Part shown: positions 38,101-48,879 of the stretch, piece after piece
Layout: each line of letters starts with the position of its first letter
Numbering within the stretch: the stretch's first letter is position 1
From: Macrostomum lignano
Taxonomy: Eukaryota
Direction of reading: 5' to 3'
NCBI GenBank assembly: GCA_002269645.1
Contig: NIVC01000305.1
Span: 310,001-374,000 of the forward strand
Length of the DNA: 64,000 nt
The notes under the pieces: generated by a model
Database searches by the model: none
Told to the model about the DNA's origin: nothing
The model's input: the letters and a program-made list of their open reading frames with translations, nothing else
Made by a program: the position numbers and the translations under genes

Positions 38101-39760
38101 GAGGATCTGGGAGGCTGGCCCAGCAACTGAGGATCTGGGAGGCTGGCCCAGCAACTGAGATCTGGGAGGCTGGCCCAGCAACTGAGGATCTGGGAGGCTG
38201 GCCCAGCAACTGAGGATCTGGGAGGCTGGCCCAGCAACTGAGGATCTGGGAGGCTGGCCCAGCAACTGAGGATCTGGGAGGCTGGCCCAGCAACTGAGGA
38301 TCTGGGAGGCTGGCCCAGCAACTGACATCTGGGAGGCTGGCCCAGCAACTGAGGATCTGGGAGGCTGGCCCAGCAACTGACATCTGGGAGGCTGGCCCAG
38401 CAACTGACATCTGGGAGGCTGGCCCAGCAACTGACATCTGGGAGGCTGGCCCAGCAACTGACATCTGGGAGGCTGGCCCAGCAACTGAGGATCTGGGAGG
38501 CTGGCCCAGCAACTGACATCTGGGAGGCTGGCCCAGCAACTGACATCTGGGAGGCTGGCCCAGCAACTGATCTGGGAGGCTGGCCCAGCAACTGACACTC
38601 TGGGAGGCTGGCCCAGCAACTGACACTCTGGGAGGCTGGCCCAGCAACTGAGGATCTGGGAGGCTGGCCCAGCAACTGAGGATCTGGGAGGCTGGCCCAG
38701 CAACTGAGGATCTGGGAGGCTGGCCCAGCAACTGAGGATCTGGGAGGCTGGCCCAGCAACTGAGGATCTGGGAGGCTGGCCCAGCAACTGAGGATCTGGG
38801 AGGCTGGCCCAGCAACTGAGGATCTGGGAGGCTGGCCCAGCAACTGAGGATCTGGGAGGCTGGCCCAGCAACTGAGGATCTGGGAGGCTGGCCCAGCAAC
38901 TGAGGATCTGGGAGGCTGGCCCAGCAACTGAGGATCTGGGAGGCTGGCCCAGCAACTGACATCTGGGAGGCTGGCCCAGCAACTGAGGATCTGGGAGGCT
39001 GGCCCAGCAACTGAGGATCTGGGAGGCTGGCCCAGCAACTGAGGATCTGGGAGGCTGGCCCAGCAACTGAGGATCTGGGAGGCTGGCCCAGCAACTGAGG
39101 ATCTGGGAGGCTGGCCCAGCAACTGACATCTGGGAGGCTGGCCCAGCAACTGAGGATCTGGGAGGCTGGCCCAGCAACTGAGGATCTGGGAGGCTGGCCC
39201 AGCAACTGACATCTGGGAGGCTGGCCCAGCAACTGAGGATCTGGGAGGCTGGCCCAGCAACTGACACTCTGGGAGGCTGGCCCAGCAACTGAGGATCTGG
39301 GAGGCTGGCCCAGCAACTGAGGATCTGGGAGGCTGGCCCAGCAACTGACATCTGGGAGGCTGGCCAGCAACTGACACTCTGGGAGGCTGGCCCAGCAACT
39401 GAGGATCTGGGAGGCTGGCCCAGCAACTGAGGATCTGGGAGGCTGGCCCAGCAACTGAGATCTGGGAGGCTGGCCCAGCAACTGAGGATCTGGGAGGCTG
39501 GCCCAGCAACTGAGGATCTGGGAGGCTGGCCCAGCAACTGACACTCTGGGAGGCTGGCCCAGCAACTGAGGATCTGGGAGGCTGGCCCAGCAACTGAGGA
39601 TCTGGGAGGCTGGCCCAGCAACTGACACTCTGGGAGGCTGGCCCAGCAACTGAGGATCTGGGAGGCTGGCCTGAGGATCTGGCTGGCCCAGCAACTGACA
39701 CTCTGGGAGGCTGGCCCAGCAACTGAGGATCTGGGAGGCTGGCCTAGCAACTGGGGATCT
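26122..39760. repeat. Giant 13.6-kb minisatellite, 27-28 bp units (GGAGGCTGGCCCAGCAACTG + AGGATCTG / ACACTCTG / ACATCTG), ~490 units, filling Rap1 intron 2
   Basis: Continuous tandem array between two Rap1 coding exons. Confidence 0.97.
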
Positions 39761-39794
39761 GAAAGTGTCTACCCTAGTATCGGTATTGGCCCAC

Positions 39795-39935
39795 CTCCTG
39801 CACATTGAGCTTGGCCTTGGCTGAAGTCTCAAGGAAGGCGCAGTTCCACTGCCTGGCCAAGCTGTGGCCCCGCTCCTTGCCGACAGTTCGCTCGTCCTCT
39901 AAGTCGCACTTGTTGCCAACCACTATGATTGGCAC
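39795..39935 (-). CDS. RAP1: Rap1 GTPase exon 2 (G4 NKCD, G5 ETSAK)
   Basis: [39 protein letters not shown]; CTACAG acceptor, GTGGGC donor, phase 0/0. Confidence 0.93.
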
Positions 39936-39974
39936 CTGTAGGTTTGAAGGAACAGTATGGTCAGTGAAAATAAA

Positions 39975-40775
39975 ATTAAGAGGGTGACAGACAAGGCCAG
40001 AGAATCTGAGAGAGTGACAGACAAGGCCAGAGAATCTGAGAGAGTGACAGACAAGGCCAGAGAATCTGAGAGAGTGACAGACAAAATCAGAGAATCTGAG
40101 AGAGTGACAGACAAGGCCAAAGAATCTAAGAGAGTGACAGACAAGGCCAGAGAATATGAGAGAGTGACAGACAAAATCAGAGAATCTGAGAGAGTGACAG
40201 ACAAGGCCAGAGAATCTGAGAGAGTGACAGACAAAATCAGAGAATCTGAGAGAGTGACAGACAAAATCAGAGAATCTGAGAGAGTGACAGACAAGGCCAA
40301 AGAATCTGAGAGAGTGACAGACAAGGCCAAAGAATCTGAGAGAGTGACAGACAAGGCCAGAGAATCTGAGAGAGTGACAGACAAGGCCAGAGAATCTGAG
40401 AGAGTGACAGACGAAATCAGAGAATCTGAGAGAGTGACAGACAAAATCAGAGAATCTGAGAGAGTGACAGACAAAATCAGAGAATCTGAGAGAGTGACAG
40501 ACAAAATCAGAGAATCTGAGAGAGTGACAGACAAGGCCAGAGAATCTGAGAGAGTGACAGACGAAATCAGAGAATCTGAGAGAGTGACAGACAAAATCAG
40601 AGAATCTGAGAGAGTGACAGACAAAATCAGAGAAACTGAGAGAGTGACAGACAAAATCAGAGAATCTGAGAGAGTGACAGACGAAATCAGAGAAACTGAG
40701 AGAGTGACAGACAAAATCAGAGAATCTGAGAGAGTGACAGACAAAGCCAGATAATCTGAGAGAGTGACAGACAAG
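39975..40775. repeat. 30-bp minisatellite (GAGAGTGACAGACAAAATCAGAGAATCTGA) in Rap1 intron 1
   Basis: Tandem copies. Confidence 0.95.
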
Positions 40776-40848
40776 CTTCTTAAAGAACCTAGTAGGGTGA
40801 AACACGAAGACAAACAACTGAGAACACAGAGGCCAAGTGTAAACTCAC

Positions 40849-41172
40849 ATTATCGCTATCCTTTACTCGCAGAATCTGCTCTCTTAACTCAGCAAGATCA
40901 TTAAAACTGGACTGTGAAGTGATCGAATAGACCAATAGAAAGCCTTGGCCATTCTTCATATACAAGTCTCGCATTGCAGTGAATTGCTCTGTACCGGCAG
41001 TGTCAAGAATCTCTAGCATGCACTGGCTGGAGTCAATCTCCACCTGTTTCCTATAGCTATCCTCAATTGTTGGGTCATATTTTTCAACAAAAACTCCCTG
41101 CACAAACTGGACAGTGAGAGCAGATTTGCCAACACCACCAGAGCCAAGGACTACTAATTTGTATTCTCGCAT
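40849..41172 (-). CDS. RAP1: Rap1 GTPase exon 1; joined protein 192 aa
   Basis: [67 protein letters not shown]; T at position 61 is diagnostic of Rap; donor GTGAGT. Confidence 0.97.
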
Positions 41173-43301
41173 GATGGCTAGAGCACACAGTCACCGTTGA
41201 TATTAATATCAATAGTTTTGTTTTTGGGTCATCAAAAAGAAGCATATTTTGATTAGTAAATACAAACTATATATAGAATATCCTTAGTAAAAGTAGATAC
41301 TTGTGATAACAAAATATACAATTTACTTGATCAATTTCTATGCCTAGTCTAGACCTAGCTAGGTCTAACAACTCTAATATAACTTTTCAGTTTTTTAATA
41401 TTTATTGACATCTTATAATTAGGCCTAGGCAGGTAGGCCTATTAATAAACTAGGATAAAATAAAAGTAAGCCTAGTCAAAACTTTTCAGCAAGATCCAAA
41501 AATGTAACCTCAACTTAAATACTAGGCTTAAGGACTAGGCTAGGGCCTAGGCCCTATGGCCCTAGCTCTATTTAAGTGAAAGTATAATACAGGTATATAG
41601 CAAGCTTAGCTAGGCCTATTTCTCTCTGGTAATTTTACATTTCTTGGAGAACTAAAGAAGCAGGTTCTACTAAAAATCTGTACATGCTACATAGATAGAA
41701 AAAGGTTTTAATTTTTTCCAACACAAAAATGATGGGCAATGCTAACATTTATATTGATATTGATAAAAGCTAAAAGGGAGACCTGGTGTTTGTCTTTCAA
41801 TATGTCTTGCCTTTCTTATAGCTCTGTCTATTGTATTGGTATACATAAAGCTTTTTGTTAGGCCTAATGCAGTTTAGACCCTAGAAAATTATAATTCTAT
41901 GCCCTATGTTAATTTTATAGGCCTACCTACTATAGACTGATACAGTCTAGTTTATACTAATACATATGATATGTTCTAAAAAAGGCAAAAAATCATTTAA
42001 AAAGGCAAAAACTTGACTTTTGGTTTTTTGAAATATTTTATTATTCTGTTATACATTTTATTAAATAGGATTAAGTTAAGACTGACTAGCTAAGATAAGT
42101 AAAACTCTCGGGCCATTTGGGCTAATACCTAGCATTTTTATAAAACTAGCATGCTCTTTAGTGCCTTAAAAAGAGTTACAATTACTAGCTTAAATTGTAA
42201 AGTTATTCATTATTTAATTATCAATAATGAATTTATTTGAATTTGAATGCATTTATGAATAGTAAATAATAAGTAAATTATAAATAAATAATAAATCACC
42301 TGCACATTTTTAACTAACTAAAATACAACTTATTTTGTTTGACTGATATGCTATTTAGGCCTTTCTTCTTTGCATGCAAGTTGTTTTTATAATAAAAAGA
42401 CAAACAAAGACCAAGGTCAATGACAGAAAAAAAGACAACCAACTAAGCCTTAGATCTTTACAACATTACTGTCTAGTCTTGGACCTTAGATGCTCACTAA
42501 GTAATTGTGGTACTATTCAAAACCACCATCTCTGAGCATAACAAACTCAATGCCAGTTGCTGAATGCTGAAGTGCTGTAGTATTTCAGGAGATTAAAGAG
42601 AGAATTGAAAAAAGAAACAACCTGATTTGCTTTAACATACCTAAAAAAGACAACAATGTAGTAGCTGTGGTAGACCTCCTCAAAGAAGGGCTGCAAGTGT
42701 CAGCTGATCAAGTTCCTATTAGTAAAACTTACCAAGTTGGATGGCCACAACTACAGGTCATCAACTTACAGGTCATCTCCCTAGCCAAGGAGTCTGCAAA
42801 AGTCAAGATCTTCAACAACCTGCACAACCTCAGGGAAAAAGATAAGTTTGCCAAAGACTCCCCAAAGTTAAACTGGAATGCAACCTAACCAAAAGACAAA
42901 GAGTTTAAAGCCAAAATTATTGAAGAGCTCAGTGTGACATACAGCAGGCAAATCAAACTTAAAGATAACATATAAGAGTGGAACTCCATATACAAGAAAC
43001 TATTGACTTTTCCCAATAAATGACAAATCAAATCTTGATTCAATGTTAAACCCACAAAAAGGTGTAAGATAGTTATAGTACAGTAAAAACTCTCTTTTCT
43101 TTTAAATCTATACTTTCAAAAATCAGCTTAAATGTGAATAAAAACAGAAACATCAACCCTGGGCATAAAAAAGAAAAACCTACTACCCTATTGGAATAAA
43201 TGGACAAAAGGTGTCTGATTGTCAATCACAATTTTAGAATTTTCCAGTGCTGCATTGTAGTTTGGAGTCAAGGCAAATGGTCATGGCACAATGCAGGTTT
43301 T

Positions 43302-43365
43302 GGGTAAATAGCAGGAGTAACTATGACTGTCTTGTGAAGGCTAAATGCCTTATTATCTAATTAGT
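43302..43365 (+). pseudogene. Degenerate 28S rRNA-derived fragment (helix 69-71 region), copy 1
   Basis: GGGTAAATAGCAGGAGTAACTATGACTGTCTT..CTAAATGCCTTATTATCTAATTAGT versus canonical GGGTAAACGGCGGGAGTAACTATGACTCTCTTAAGGTAGCCAAATGCCTCGTCATCTAATTAGT. Confidence 0.8.
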
Positions 43366-44075
43366 ACTACACATACATGTATTTAGAGCAAAAATTAATA
43401 TGTCCTATGTTGTCACATTTTTAACCACAATTTTAGACCCCATGTTGCACATCTGCAGGTTTGCTATACTTATTCCAATAGAGACTTACTAAAATTGGTA
43501 GATATTGCTGGACGTTACAAATCAAAGAACTTTACAAAAATGTTCAAACTTTATACAACTGATAGCAACCTAAACAAAGAGGGACCTAAGGAAATCTTAT
43601 GAAAAAATCATTATACAATGGAAACACAAAGTTGTACTAAGCAAGAAAAACCTAATAAACCAAGCTTTTATTAAAAATGAAGCAAAGTAACTGGAATCTA
43701 ATAAAGCCTATTAGTCAAGAAAACTCTAATACACATTGATAAAAACTTCAAATCATACTTCTAGAACCTATCAACTTAATAGAACAAAGATATTTAAAAT
43801 ACCTACAACTTCCATCTTGATAACAATATGCTCCTAACTCTAGATGTCTTTAACTCTCTTTTTATACTAAATGAAGTTGGGAAACATATTAAAAAACTTA
43901 AAGCCAACAAGGCACCTAGCAAAGACAAAAAATGCTAAAACATTGCTCTATCTTAGAGAAGACTTATTAGAAGTACTATGCCAACTATTCAGTAAGATCC
44001 TCAATAAAGAAATCTTTACCAACTAGATTACTAACATCCTAGATCTTATTTACAAAAATAAAGGTTATACCTCTG

Positions 44076-44373
44076 CATACATGAGCAACCTCCGAAATTT
44101 GGTCGGCCATGCGACTTAGTTTCAACAAAAATGCGACGTAGTTTTTGGCCAAAAATGCGACTTACATGTAAAAAAACCCTAAAGCAAAATTAACGCAACT
44201 TTGGGTAAACGGCAGGAGTAACTATGACTGTCTTATTAAGCCAAAATGCCTCGTCAGCTACTTAGTACTACTACTTGGTTATTTTTTCAGGTGGGCATTT
44301 TTGCGACTTCCTTGGTTGGCCGCCAGATCGGTCGGCCGGATCGGCCGACTCGGCCGACTGTTGCGCATGTATG
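44076..44373. mobile_element. hAT-type MITE, 298 bp, inserted in the LINE RT region
   Basis: TIRs CATACATGAGCAAC / GTTGCGCATGTATG (13/14 match); perfect 8-bp TSD TACCTCTG at 44068-44075 and 44374-44381. Confidence 0.9.
44203..44266 (+). pseudogene. Degenerate 28S rRNA-derived fragment, copy 2, inside the hAT MITE
   Basis: GGGTAAACGGCAGGAGTAACTATGACTGTCTTATTAAGCCAAAATGCCTCGTCAGCTACTTAGT. Confidence 0.85.
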
Positions 44374-44891
44374 TACCTCTGACTCAAACAACTATAGAGG
44401 CCTCTGCATTTAACCCATTCAAGATAAATCCCTCTGCTTACTCATCAAAACCTGCTTTGACCTTGCCTATTTGAATAACCTCATCTTTAAATACTAGTAT
44501 GACTTCAAATAGAACCAGGGTATACACTATACACAATTGACCAATGCTTTGCTTTTTAACTTATATAAATAAATATATAATTTTATTAATAAGTTTAACA
44601 ATGAAAGGAATCTTTGTTTAGGCTATAGTACAGAGTTTTTATTTTTATTGGTAGATAGGCCTATATGAATTGATATTGATAACAATAATTAATGTCTTAT
44701 CCAATATCTGCATAGCACACTGCACTGGCTGTTTATCTTCTACAGTTCTATATTAACATAGCCTAAAAATATAGGAATAGGCCTACATTATGCGAATGGC
44801 AATGCTAGCATTTTCTTGTTACCTTACTAGTAGTAAAAATGGCAGAATATTACATATAAAATTAGGTTTAATTATAAGCCTATAATTAGAC

Positions 44892-45274
44892 TAGAGGTCG
44901 GACGGGATCCTGATCCCAATCCCGAAATCTCGGGATCCCAAGGAAAATTGAATTCCCGTGGGACCAGAATCCCGACGATAAAAAACTCGAGATTTGGGAA
45001 CAAGTCTTTCAATTAATAATTTTTAGAATTAGTGATTACTTGAAGGTATTTTGCTTTAACTTGTACTTGTTACTTTGTTGGTTACAAAACTTCATATCAA
45101 TTTCGTTGTGTTTTACTTCTTGATCTTGACAATCTTTTCTCAATTTTGTTTAACTTTACATGGACAATACACTAAAAGACCTGATCCCGATTCCCAAATC
45201 CCGATCCCGATCCTGAGAAAAAATTATTCCCGATCCCGATCATGCCCGAGGATTTCAATCCCGTCCGACCTCTA
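44892..45274. mobile_element. MITE (~385 bp) with 17-bp perfect TIRs and ATCCCG subterminal repeats
   Basis: TAGAGGTCGGACGGGAT / ATCCCGTCCGACCTCTA; flanking direct repeat CCTATAATTAG at 44879-44889 and 45275-45285 (TSD 9-11 bp, superfamily uncertain). Confidence 0.85.
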
Positions 45275-47910
45275 CCTATAATTAGCAGGCCTAATATGTG
45301 TTAGAAGTTTGGTAGACCTACTTACTTCTATTAATTAGGGGTTCCAGTGAGAAAAATTATCTAAATTCAAATTTTTAACTAGGCCATGTTGAAGTCCTGG
45401 ATGTTATGAGTAAAATGACACTAGACTTTTAAAAATTGATTGCATAATAAAAATGTTATGATCTTTTTTATTTCAAAAAATGGTGTTTTTTTGCCTATAT
45501 CAAATACACTAAAAACTGTGCCAATTTGGGCAAAAAGCATGTTTTTTGCAGTAAAATGTCTGTAATTTTTTTATTTCACAACTAATTTTAGTGTTTTAGG
45601 TATTATTTTATAGATTTTTGTTACCATAACATTTTTTTATATTTTTGTACATATATACTGTTCTATATATTATCATAATATATCATATGCACATATCTAG
45701 GGATTAAGACAAAAAGGGAAAAAAAATTTTTCTAGAGTACCGTTCTTTGGCTTTATCATAGTATTCTCTATTAACCTTAATTTGTATTACTTTCATGGAC
45801 CAAAGTAATACTTGTATACTATAATTAGTAAGATTTTTTATTTTCTACTATAAGTAGTATGCAAATAGTTGAACATTATTTCCATGAAAATGGTTCTTTT
45901 AAAGTACCACTCTGGATGTCTAAAAATTGATATAGCTTCTATCAATCTTAATCTTCTATCTTCATGCTAGATTTATTCAATAGCTTTTTTGTAGTCCATC
46001 TGATAATTGTAATGAATTGATGCTTTACTAAGTAACATGGTATTGAATCATGTACTTTCATGTTTGAAAAGGCCATTCCCAAATTCAACAATTGAATCTA
46101 CTTTTGCATTATACCTGCATCATTTGATTTATTTATTTGTTTACTATGTCCACTTTTCAGCACAGTAGCTTTTCATGGTAATCTAGCCAATTTGTCTGCT
46201 ACCAATTTATCTGCAGTTAGTTTGTCAGCAAATATCTGAATGAGCATTTTGTCTACTATGCTAGCCTTCTCATTGTACTTTACTATAGTACTACAACTAT
46301 AGCTACTATAGTCAAGCCAGTCAGGCATGGTCGAGACAATGTTATAGGGTGGGTTTTAGGGCCTTGACACGAATATAGGTTACATTATCAGCAGTCTCTA
46401 GGGTATCGGCTGCATCAGCCAGCAAGCAGTCAACAAAACACGAGTATGTGCCTTTTGTCTCCAATATTACAGTGCCTGCAGCATCAGTGATCAGTAGCAT
46501 CTGCACCAGCTGCGGGTGGTATGAATTAGCTTGAATGACATGGCTTGGCAGCTGGAGACTAGAGTCGCCAACTGTGTAATAGTTTGCTAGGACAAAACAC
46601 TAGTTTGGCAATAGAGTATCCCATTGGTGACTCGCTTGTAGCCAATCTAACAATCTTGAGGGCAATATACAATGTGATTACATTGTAAATGTACATGTAC
46701 ATATACATATATGAGAGTATGACAGTCAATTCATCTGCTCCCATTTTCATCCCCATCCACTTTATTTGCAAGTAGCCAAATTGACTGAGAACCTTTTTAG
46801 TCAGCTCAGCTTTTACTTAGCTAGTACAGTTTAGTGCTTTAAATATACTTTTAATTAGCTTGGCAGAATGTCTTAGTCTGTCTGCAAACACTGAACCAGA
46901 TATACTTTATAGCTTTATAATCTATGGCTATGGGAGGCAGTAATGAAAGTGAAGGAAAGGTCCGGGACCTGTTGAGGTCAAACATGTATGAGGAAGCTGC
47001 TGGCAAGCAGAGTGCCTAGGCCATCTACATGGACTAGGCATTCATCTTTCCTGCAGTGGTCCCATCTGCAACTATGCTAGAGTTGACTTCTAGCACACCA
47101 GTTTGACAACATTTCTCTGCTGCTGCTATTGCTTGGTCCCCTTAAGAGAAGAGGGATACCAATGTAGGCCTTCAAGAAGCTGTGCACAATCTTTGGGTCC
47201 AGCTGAAATGATAAAGGCAACTGTATAGCAGCATAAAGTAGCACATGAGTTTGTCAAGTGCTCATAGCAGATACTATATAGGTGTAGCGTGTCTGCCATC
47301 TGCAATATCTGCAAATAAAAGATGGATTAGTGAGAAATGCATAAAAGATAAAGTATATTGTAAATTCTGCTATCCATTTTTGAAGAAATTGCATATCTGA
47401 CTTCTTTTCAAATGTTCAACCCTTCAATGTGCATTTTCCTATCTCTGTAGTATATTTGTATGTACACCTAGGCCAATTATGGTTAATAACTTTGGTGTGG
47501 CAAAATCTATCTGGATGTGCCTTTAGGACAAAGAGTTTGGCCTGTTTTGCTATCATTTTATTGAAGAAACTATATATAACTGGCCATTCTTTTTGAGCTT
47601 CAAAAGTTTCCCAATTCTTATGTCTCATAGGATTTACTTGCATGCATTTTGACAATTTCTGTTAAGCATACTGTGGCAAGAGTTACACATCCTGTCTTGC
47701 CTAAAAGTTTCATTTTGTCACTAGAAGTAAGTAGCAAAAATAATTAGGGTGGCCAGGCCACTCTTTCCATTCAAAAGTTTTGGCCACTTTAAATTTTACA
47801 TGTACATATATATGTACATATTTGTTAAAAAAAATGTTCACTTAAAATGACCTCCAAGAAGTTACCTACACTTAGTGTGCAAGCATTCTTAGCAGTTATG
47901 CACTCATTTA

Positions 47911-48879
47911 CTTCAGGTATGTCATAAGTAATGTCACTGATGTGAAAACAGACGAACTTGCAATTGTAGATGAACAAAACTGTACCACTCAACAACATAG
48001 AGTCTCCTAATATCAATCACCCTCTAGCAATGCTCATACAGCTTGTCCACCTCAGCCTGCATATGTTTTTCCTCCAACTGCCATAACCAGTGCAACGCAA
48101 CCTGTTTTACCTCTTCATGGTTTGCGAAACTCTTCTTGGAAAAGTCAGCCTTCAGCCATTTGAACAGGAATCTCTTGCAAAAGTTGAAGTCTGGGCTGTA
48201 GGGACTGTCAGAGCATATTCACTTGCCATGCAGGCAGAAAATTCGAAACAGCCTTCAGGTATGCAGCCGTGCGGTGTCCATCTGCCACAGAACCTCGTCC
48301 AAGTGACATGGATTTGACCAGAGAGTGCACCAGAGGTCCCCAGTGTGCCAGACAAAGTTGATAAAGTACTGGCCATTGACCTTGGTGTTTGGTGGAGTTG
48401 TGCAGATGGAGACTTGTTTGTTTGGTGTGAAGGCTACCAGCAGCATGGTCTTCTTGTCCAAGATGGACTTCCTAGTCACTATCAGCCTGGAGTCCTCAGC
48501 TCCCAACTAGCAGCAATTGTCTGCCTTGCTGCCCTTGCCATCCAGGTGGAGCCAGCTTTCATCCTCAGCAACCAGGCAGTTTAGGATGTTATTCAAGCCC
48601 AGGCTGCTGAACACCTTGCGAATCTGCTTGGTGCAGGCGTCTTGTCGAGATTCATGGTGATTTTTGTTCGCTGCATGGACAATTTTTCATCGCATTGCAC
48701 TTGCTAAATCTGCTTGGCGTATTCTTGCGATAGCTTGGGCCATAAACAACCTATGCACATCTCAAATGCACTGCTATTGCTTCACTAAGTATACTTTGCA
48801 GCTACACTACCCACAAGTCCATGTGCTTACATATTTTAGACAGAGGCCTACAGTGACATTACTTATGACACACCCAAAG
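47911..48879 (-). mobile_element. Decayed, internally deleted Tc1/mariner element (969 bp)
   Basis: 29-bp TIRs (47911-47939, 48851-48879) flanked by TA; minus-strand transposase remnants VAEDESW, KKTMLLV, QMDTARLH, YSPDFN..RFLFKWLK..F..HEEVK. Confidence 0.88.

Larger units (their letters stand above)
42480..44545 (+). mobile_element. Decayed non-LTR retrotransposon (LINE, CR1/L2/Jockey-like) ORF1 and start of ORF2/RT
   Basis: ORF1-like EIKERIEKRNNLICFNIP..NLTKRQR; ORF2-like EVGKHIKKLKANKAP(S)KD, I.KNKG..D.NNYRGL (rejoined across the MITE), (Q)Y(G)F; many stops; boundaries approximate. Confidence 0.7.

Noticed and set aside
19255-39760. Possible CRISPR arrays (regular 23-28 bp repeats)
   Set aside because: Units are head-to-tail with no unique spacers, there are no cas genes, and the context is eukaryotic and intron-containing
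26122-39760. Similarity of GGAGGCTGG to the Chi-like human minisatellite core
   Set aside because: Short G-rich resemblance expected by chance; no testable support from sequence alone
25915-39832. Giant minus-strand ORFs (1219-4554 aa)
   Set aside because: Artefacts: the 27/28-bp unit has no stop in any minus-strand frame, the same peptide appears in all three frames, and the array lies between two bona fide Rap1 exons
39774-40817. ORFs ([10 protein letters not shown])n and (VCHSLRFSD)n
   Set aside because: 30-bp intronic repeat; only the 39795-39935 part is coding (Rap1 exon 2)
43302-44266. Functional rRNA gene
   Set aside because: Only ~65-nt degenerate fragments with no flanking rDNA
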